Positions 55,930 through 64,000 of a DNA stretch of 64,000 nt are shown here, in pieces. The notes below the pieces were generated by a model. That model made no database searches. It had not been told where the DNA came from and worked only from the letters and a program-made list of their open reading frames with translations. Each line of letters begins with the position of its first letter. The first letter of the stretch is position 1. The stretch is from the NCBI GenBank assembly GCA_050084985.1, contig JBITNC010000001.1, forward strand, positions 126,108,001-126,172,000. Direction: 5' to 3'. Both the position numbers and the translations under genes were made by a program. Source of the stretch: Nageia nagi. Its lineage: Eukaryota; Plantae; Pinophyta.

Positions 55930-58900
55930 TAAATCCTAACAACTGCAGTCATCCTTAATAAGTGTAGTCAATCTTGATAACTGCACTAAACTTTGGCAAC
56001 TATATACCACAATAGTTACTTTTTCTTAGAATGTTGTGTGGGTACAACAAGATGAGTCTACATAAAGAGGAAGTTTTATGACTTAAAATTGTTAAAAATA
56101 ATTTTTTTTAATAACTTTTTAGTTTTTAGGAATTTTGAGAAAAAAATATAGGGGACAACCTTTAGATAATTCTCTACAAAATTAGAAAAAGAAGTTTCAA
56201 AAAATGGTAACTTTAGGTCAAAGTATTCATACTGGACATAAACATTTTTTAAAAGTACAATTATGACCCATAAAAAATAATCTTCATGAAAAAATCATCA
56301 AAAATATCTAGGACAAGCTTCATTGTGTTAGGTATCTTTTCCCAAAAGGATTTAAAAAAATACTTTATTTTATATAAAAACATTTGTGATAGACACATGG
56401 ATGGTATGTTCTTGAAGTAATATTTTTTAAATAGTGTTTCTTATTCATACATATCAAAAATAATTTTTTATCATTTGGGTATTGGAATAAATTATATATT
56501 TGAAAACTAGATTTAATATGATACATTTTTATCATAATAACCTTCAATATTCCATGTTTAAGTGCTTCAAATTTTGAGATCAATGTCAAAAAAAATTAAA
56601 ATTAAAAAAAGACTTCCACTTTTTGGCCATAAAGTGGACCCAACTTCTTGCACTCAACTTGTTAGTTGAATGTTAGGTTGATTGACTAGACTTGTATTTT
56701 AGTATGTAATAGATCAAAAAATGTAATCAATTAGTATTTCTATAGCTTTTCTCTATTGTTACATTTTTTATATTATTGTTCATTGTAGTTGCATTTTTTT
56801 ACATTTTGCATGTAATTTTTACAAGTGCTCTCTATTGCTACATTTTGTATGCTACTATTATTTGTAACTACATTTTTTAACTATATTGTAATGATACTTG
56901 TATATAGCTATGTTTTTAATTATTCAATATAATTTTTTGATCTCTAAAAACTTATATGATTTCCATTTTATGTATTCACTGTATTATGCTCATTATCTTC
57001 CACTTATTTGATCTCAATCTTTTGTTTAATTGGGCTTATTCTAATTTTATTTTATTCTTAGGATCAAATTTCTCATTTGGTATCAAAACTTGGTTTGTCG
57101 TTGAACCTTGAAAATACTCATTTAGTATTAGAGCTTGGTTTGTATTTGAACATTGAAAATCCTTATTTGGTATTAGAGCATAATATGGATCTTATATAGG
57201 TTCAAGGAACCTATGGTGAATTGAAATTCGACCTCTTAATGTAAGGAAGAAGAATGTTGGGTAGACTATCATAGATTCCCTCTTGCAGATCTTTATCTTT
57301 TATGGATATTATTTCAAGATTTTTTCCATCAAAATAAAGAACATTCTTAAAGGTAAAGGACTATGATATATTGTGCAAGATGGATATGAAGAACTGTCAT
57401 CATGGAGCCATTTTGAAGGAGAAAATGCAACATTAGGAAGGAGAAGTAACATCAAAAATATTTATCTCTCTTAGACTTGAGAAGAGATCTTTCTCCAACC
57501 ATTTTCCCCTTGTTTCAAAGTGCATATCTATTGCACAAGTGTGGGAAAATTTAAAATTATTTTATGGGTTTCTTGAGAACACTCGTGAAGATATGAGAAA
57601 TAATCTTGAAGATTATTTGAGAAAGAGGATGCCCTGGTCTTTTGAAGATCCTATTGAAGGACTTATTATAGACTCATGTGGAAAGCCATGTTACTGATGG
57701 AATAAAATGAAAATGCAAAAATTAACCCACTACACTACAAAATCAAAAAATGTAGTAGAAATCTTTTCTTACTATAAGGAACTACACATTCTTGGAGAGT
57801 CTTGGGAAGACTCTTACTCATATATGACTTATGAAGGCATGCTTGAGGATTTCTTCTTGTAGTTGAAGATGTTAATTATCTATTTTTTATGGAGGAAGAG
57901 GATATTGAAGAGTCTTGTGGTGGGCCATTTAAAATGCTCATGGATGAAAATAATTTTGTTAAAGAATAATACTTTAGGGATGATATTGAATACCCCTAAG
58001 ATGCAATGGATGAGGACATTTTATTAAAATTATAGTGTGCTCTTTTGAAAGAGCTTTTGATGAAGATCCATCTTATATGGAATGCCTCTATTTTGAGGAG
58101 AACATAGCAATATGTTGGGATGATTATCCCACTTGTGAAAAAGAAACAAAAATGAGAGCTATTTTCTCCTTACTATTAGTTTAAGATTAATTATTACAAG
58201 TGCAAAATGGGTTTTATGAGGAGAATAACACACCTTCCATGAGTTGTAGCTCATTTAAGGGATAAGAATATTATGAAGGGGCAATTTTGAATGGCTCAAA
58301 AATCTATTTTGAAGGGGCATTTATCTTTGATATTGGTGAAGATTTTCCCCTTGCACGTTTTATGTAGAAGAGCAACCTTAAAATTTACCTTAGTGATCAA
58401 GCATTTTTAATGCCTATATTGCATGATGCATGTTTTTTCTTGGACAAACTTTGATGAATAAGGGAATTCCTTGGATTATACACATTATGCTTTAGTTTAT
58501 GATCAAGGGGGAGCTATTTATCAACTTGAAGGCTTCATTATGGTTGAATATCATAGATACATAGCAGAAAGCACCATGTATACCTAGGATCTTTACCATT
58601 TTCTATTATTTCTAAGCCTGTCTTGGCATACTCCCCATTCCAACCTAGGGTGAGATTGTAATAACTTGATGTCATGCATGTACATTTTCCATTTACACAC
58701 AACCCCTTTTTATCAAGGGGGATATTGAAAAGTTTGTTTATCTTAGGACTTGTATATATTCTCTTCTAGTTTGTTGTATTTTCCAATTTGCTACATTTTA
58801 TTCTATGTAAACAAAGGTATCCTAGCTTGTCGATATCTTCACTAAGTCCTTGATAAAATATCATTTTTGTTATATGAGAATTTGACTTGGATTTCAAACC

Positions 58901-59831
58901 ATTATCATTAAGAAGGATACTAAAAGATAGTCATTATCACTAGTTTACTACATTTTATAGCCTACTTCATTTTCTCCTTATAATAGCCATTGTCACAATT
59001 TTTTTTGTTGCATTTTCTTATGGTAGCATAATAGTATATGACAACATAATGACATGTTGTATTTTCTTATGCTATATTTTATTCTTGTAAAAACACTGTT
59101 AAGATTTTATGGTTTAACTTGTTTATTTTTTAAGCATGCCACCTATTCTTTCCTTTATATTTGCATTTATGAAAGTTAGTGAAAGTGGTTAGTAATTAAC
59201 AGTAAGTATGGGTTCCTCTTTTTGAAAAGAATTCTCTATTGATTTTTGCACTCAATCTTAACAACTACAATCATCCCTAACAACTGCAATCAATATTGAT
59301 AATTGCACTCAACTCTGGCAACTATACATTATTTTTGCTTAGAATATTAGCTAAACGATAGGTTGATTGAGCATACTTGTATTTTAGTAGGTAATAGAAA
59401 AAAATATGTAATGAATTAGAATTTTTTTATCTCTACTCTACTATCCATTATAACTACATTTTCTTAACATTCTGGATGTAATTTCTATAGCTCCTCTTTT
59501 TTGCTATGTTTTGTATGCTAGCAGTATTTGTAGTTATGTTTTTTTATTGTATTGTAATAGTTTCTATGTATAGATTTATTTTTCATTCTACAATATAAGT
59601 TTTTGATCTTTGAAACCTTATACAATCTTTATTTTGTATCTTCACTATATTGTTCTCATTATTTTTTTCTTATTTAATCTCAATCTTGTGTTTGATTGGG
59701 CTCACTTTGATCTTATTTGATTCTTAGAATTAAATTTATCATTTGGTATCAAATCTTGGTTTATCTTTGAACTTTGAAAATCCTCATTTGGTATTAGAGT
59801 TTCATTTTTCTCTTAACCTTGAAAATCTTCA
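55930..59831 (+). mobile_element. Degenerate non-autonomous copia-derived LTR element (5' LTR truncated)
   Basis: Direct repeats ~55930-57165 (with inserted MITE) and ~59250-59831. Met-type PBS at 57168. Copia gag N-terminus-like GL*YIVQDGYEE at ~57355. PPT-like AAGGGGGA at ~58714. Confidence 0.6.
56036..56659. mobile_element. MITE of the Sola-like family (624 bp) inserted in an LTR
   Basis: TIRs GTGTGGGTACAACAAGATGAGTCT ... GGACCCAACTTCTTGCACTCAACT. TSD TGTT at 56032-35 and 56660-63. The sister LTR shows the empty site (AGAA-TATT-AGCT, ~59341). Confidence 0.88.
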
Positions 59832-59871
59832 AAAATTATGCTTCACTTCTAATCCACATATGAAAATGTTT

Positions 59872-60033
59872 AAACTAGCTTTGATATAACCCCTTATATA
59901 TCAAAAAACGCCGAGAGATATCATTTCGAGGTGCCTATCTTGAATATAGCAATACCAAGAAATGAGATAGGCACCTCGAAATGATATCTCTCGGCGTTAT
60001 TTGATATATAAGGGGTTATATCAAAGCTAGTTT
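59872..60033. repeat. Near-perfect inverted repeat (69-bp arms, 24-nt loop)
   Basis: 59872-59940 is the reverse complement of 59965-60033 with one mismatch. Confidence 0.95.
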
Positions 60034-60232
60034 TAAATTATTTTTATTTTTTTGTGAACAGAAGCGGAAGAATTTTCTCGTCTACATCTATTGTTTTAAT
60101 AACGACACTGTTAAACAGTATATAAGGAATGTTCCGTTTCCGTTTGATGACTCTCCATCTTATATTTGTACTTTACAGTTTTCTTAAGTTTTACAAAGTT
60201 ACTATATATGATGAAGTAGAAGACAGAAAATT

Positions 60233-61137
60233 TTACAGAAACTTCTCTTTAATATTAAGTGTTTCATTCATCAAGCTCATTATTTCACTTACTGTGGGTC
60301 TCGACTGGGGCTCCACGTTTATACACAGCGCGGCTATGGAATCCATGGACTCAACCTCTCTACAGTCAGTGGCACAACTCAATTTGGGATCAATTATTTC
60401 AGTTACTTTCGTTGGGTTCTTTAAATATGGTGAAGCAAACACAGCTAGAAGCTCTCTATTCTCGCCGCAGAAGGCCTCCATGCCTGTCAAGAGCTCCAAC
60501 AGTATAACCCCGACACCATACACATCGTTCTTCGCACACACTATCCCACTCCGTAAACAGTGAGGGTCCATGTATCCAGGAGATCCCATCAAACAATCAT
60601 TCTTGGAAAGATAATTTATACCACCCGTTTTGGAGAATCCGAAGTCGCAGAGCTTCGCATTGAAGTTGTCGTCCAGAAGAATGTTGGAGGATTTGATGTC
60701 GCAGTGAATGATTGGAGGATCGCAAACCTCATGAAGATGTTTCAACGCGGACGTAATCTGATATGCTATGCGAATACTGCGGGGCCATGGAAGAAGTTCG
60801 TCGGAGGTCTCTTCATGAATTAGGTCGTGCAAGTTTCCATTTGCAAGTATTCAAGCACCAGGACTCCCTCCTCTGTTCACAAAAAAATAAAAATAATTTA
60901 AAACAAGGAAAGAAGCGGATTCATCTGAGAGCAAACTAATCCTTAGGTTTTCAAAGGATTTTATTGAGGATATATAATTACCTCTATCGTCACAGTATCC
61001 GATAATGGACGAAGTTATCAGCGTCATGTGTTCGCGACAATGCAAACAATTATTGCCGGAAGATCTGGCGCGCAGGCGTTCGCTGTTTCTGATGAGTTTT
61101 ACTGCGCAGAGTCTTATCCGCGAAAACTCCTTCAACG
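60233..61137 (-). pseudogene. Receptor-like cytoplasmic kinase pseudogene (resembles the At1g33260/At4g10390 group)
   Basis: Intact C-lobe: HCDIKSSNILLD, KLCDFG, GSPGYMDP, KNDVYGVGVILLELLTG, RPTVSEI. GT-AG intron 60981-60873 after GYCDDR. A 1-bp deletion after LEY gives a premature stop. Exon 1 has three inferred 2-bp indels and a TAA at the alphaC Glu. The Gly-rich loop is missing. Confidence 0.88.
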
Positions 61138-64000
61138 ATGTTGGAGGATTTGATGTATCCAGGAGATCAATCTTTATGATGTTTGATATTCTTCCTTTCA
61201 TTTATATAATAATTTTTGAAAAGATGTGTCTTTTAATATTTCAGTCGGCTATATAATTTTAATTTTAAAAAAATTATTTTCCCGCCAATTGTTTAACGGA
61301 CGGACTCACATGCGACATTTTACTCCCCCACTCCACCCCATGCTGCAGCTGTAGTTACGCCTCTCGGCGTAAAAATTCAAATGCTTTAGAATTATATTTT
61401 GAAATGTTTCTACAAGTAATCATGAAATATTCATATATAAAAGTCATTATATATTTATTTTAATTTATTTAAGAAATGAAAAAATTCATTTAATTATGCT
61501 TGAATGAACTTTGATGCTATAAATCCCTTAATTTCTTCATTGATATATATTTAAATGGTGAAAATTATAATATATCAATTGAATTCTTTATTGGTTGATG
61601 CTCCTATTATGGTAGAGGCCTTATCATTATTATCCTATTGATTTTTTTTTAGAGATTTAGCTATTAACAATCATTATATAGACATATATAATGGTAGTGA
61701 ATGGGCTAGTTTATATACCACTATGTGATATAGTATAGATAAAAAATTATATATTTGAAGATAAAGTTTTTGAGATGGAATTTAATGAAGGGTTTGAATA
61801 AGATTTTTTAATTTTAAAAAGAAGATAGAAATCATGATTTGAAGATTAGGTTGTTTAATAGTGGTTATTCTAAAGGGAAAGATCAAGTGTTTTAGGACAA
61901 CAAATAGGTGGAATTGAAAATGAAGTTACTTAGGATGTATGGTTTGTAAATTATATTATTTTAATTTAAAGAATGAATGCAATGATAAAAAATTGATATA
62001 TTTCATATATTCCATAACTATAATATGAATATTATGGTGGGACATGGATAAAAAAAGAATATTATATTTAACTCTAATCTTAAAACCAATCACACATGCA
62101 AACATGAATATAAAAAAACAATATTTGATCATTCAAATAATATTCCAAATGTGGTTTTTGAGGTTTGAATAAGATTAATTATGTGCCACATTACAATATG
62201 CTATAACATTATGTCAAAGAAAATAAAAAATTTAATTTCTAATGGTACAATGTGATATGGGATTTACAACCATAATTTTATTAGCATTATTCTAATTATA
62301 GATTATGTAGTTCTTAATATAAGAAACTACTTTATAATTCCTTTCACTAAGTTGTATAGTACTAAAAAAGGCTATGATTGAAATAGAAGTATCTTAAACA
62401 TATTGAATCTTTTTCTTTCCTTACATAGTATTAACATGTATTACTCCATTTTACTTTCATACCTATATATATTTATTTTCACTAAACTTGATATTTTCCT
62501 TACACTTATCATCTATATTAAAAACCAACTCTTTATTCCCTATTATATAGTTTGAGTAGCTTGAATCTATGTTTAAAAAGCTTCTTAGGAAGTATTTTCA
62601 ATCATGTCATATGATAGAATAGTTTTCTTAAATCTTCCTCTTCATTCTCATTAGCATAGTTTGAATTTTTATGTTCATTTGAAGAATTAATTCTATATTC
62701 TTTCTTAAATGGATATATCAAATCTACATTGGTAATATTGATTGTTTTTTTCAAATATATATCCACTTCTACTACCATATCATCCTCTTGTCCATCCTAG
62801 TATACTTGAGAATTTTTAATTTGACTATCTTACTTATGCTTTCAAGCTTGAACCAATAATATTATGGTTTAAACTATTTACCTTTTAGGAAATGACATTT
62901 TAAAGATATTCACTAATTATATTATTAATTCTTTTTCATGTGATATGAGAAAATCCATAAAATTTAAATATATCAAATAATTATTTATTGAATGATGATA
63001 ACTACATGATTTCACTTAGGTATTATTATTCTTAAATTTTCTTTCACAAGAACCTACTTTTCCAATATATTTGTAAAGTGGTTACTTTAATAATGCCATC
63101 TTAAACTCTAACAAAGTGCATATAAACCCTCATTAGTACATTCTCACAATATGGAACTCTTTTTTCTTATAATATATTTAATTTAAAAAAATTTAATTTA
63201 CCTCTATCATGATAAGCTTGTTTTAACTCTTTATAAGTATCCTTAACTATTTTTTCACATGTAATTATGGAAATATGATCTTATTAGTATTTTATTGAAT
63301 ATGGTATAATGTCAAACACATCTTTTCCTAGTGTCCTTTATTTTCTTATTATTTTAGTAATAGTATTCCATTATATTACTCATAATAAATTAAACTAACA
63401 CTATCACATAATTCTTTCATATCCATTGAGACATTCATTTTGATTTTCCAAAAAGCATAGTCTTCTAGATATTGAGTTCGAAACTATTGAGATAATTATT
63501 ATTATTGATAATCACACCAAAATAAATGTTAAATATTCTTTTTTAATGAATTAACAATAAAACTTGATATATTATTATAAATATAAAACTAAAAAGTTTT
63601 CTCCACCCGAACATCAATAACAATTGGATGTTAGTTATACCTATTTTTATTATAAAACAATATTATTCATTTCATTTTTTTTTACAATAACATATATGTA
63701 ATAACTTGAACTTTAGTAGGGTAGAATCAAGCTAAACATTATGGAACATAAAGTAGGGGTAATAAATAACTTCGATTTTATCTTCTTCCTCTTTCATTGG
63801 AATTAAGTTTCTTACAGTATTTATGGTATTGTTTAACATTTATAAGAATTTTGATATTCTTATTTCCTTATTCTAGCCAAGGTCATAGAGTAGATTTTCC
63901 TAACATTTAATACTATACAAATAGAAATTGATGAAATTAATTTTACATATATTACCTTTATGCTAAGATTTTATTTGTTACTATGATGGAAAAAATTACT

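Noticed and set aside
60851-61201. 116-aa ORF as the true kinase N-terminal exon with compensated frameshifts
   Set aside because: It is a mosaic of filler DNA and shifted frames that runs into the intron. Splicing at either nearby AG still meets a stop (TAA after the 1-bp deletion, or TGA).
60129-61256. Plus-strand ORFs overlapping the kinase
   Set aside because: Antisense to the kinase coding sequence with no independent motif support.
61400-64000. Possible decayed coding or viral sequence at the window end
   Set aside because: No readable conserved motif in any frame.

Overview
AT-rich, strongly CpG-depleted eukaryotic DNA, almost entirely transposon-derived. The element families look like those of a seed plant, probably a gymnosperm (inference). 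No intact host gene is evident. Main contents: (1) a young gag-only Ty3/Gypsy LTR element (502-5150; 1531-bp LTRs, GGTAC TSD, tRNA-Arg PBS, no canonical PPT); (2) a CpG-retaining island (about 11.6-13.05 kb) rich in W-boxes and CGCG boxes, with a duplicated two-block module; (3) a decayed pogo-like DDE_1 transposase (about 16.4-17.7 kb); (4) a Sola2-like DNA transposon, probably 20686-52154. Its transposase was hit twice within 39 bp, by a deleted chromovirus (28424-33358) and by a 15.9-kb head-to-tail trimer of CRM-like retrotransposons that share four LTRs under one TSD (33398-49339). It also contains a tRNA-Lys(UUU) pseudogene; (5) two roughly 600-bp MITEs of the same Sola family with perfect 4-bp TSDs; (6) a copia-derived element whose LTRs carry tandem PBS copies; (7) a receptor-like cytoplasmic kinase pseudogene (about 60.2-61.1 kb) with templated filler DNA at both ends and an adjacent hairpin with near-perfect 69-bp arms. 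Coordinates, alignments and counts were done by eye, and family assignments rest on recalled motifs, not database searches.
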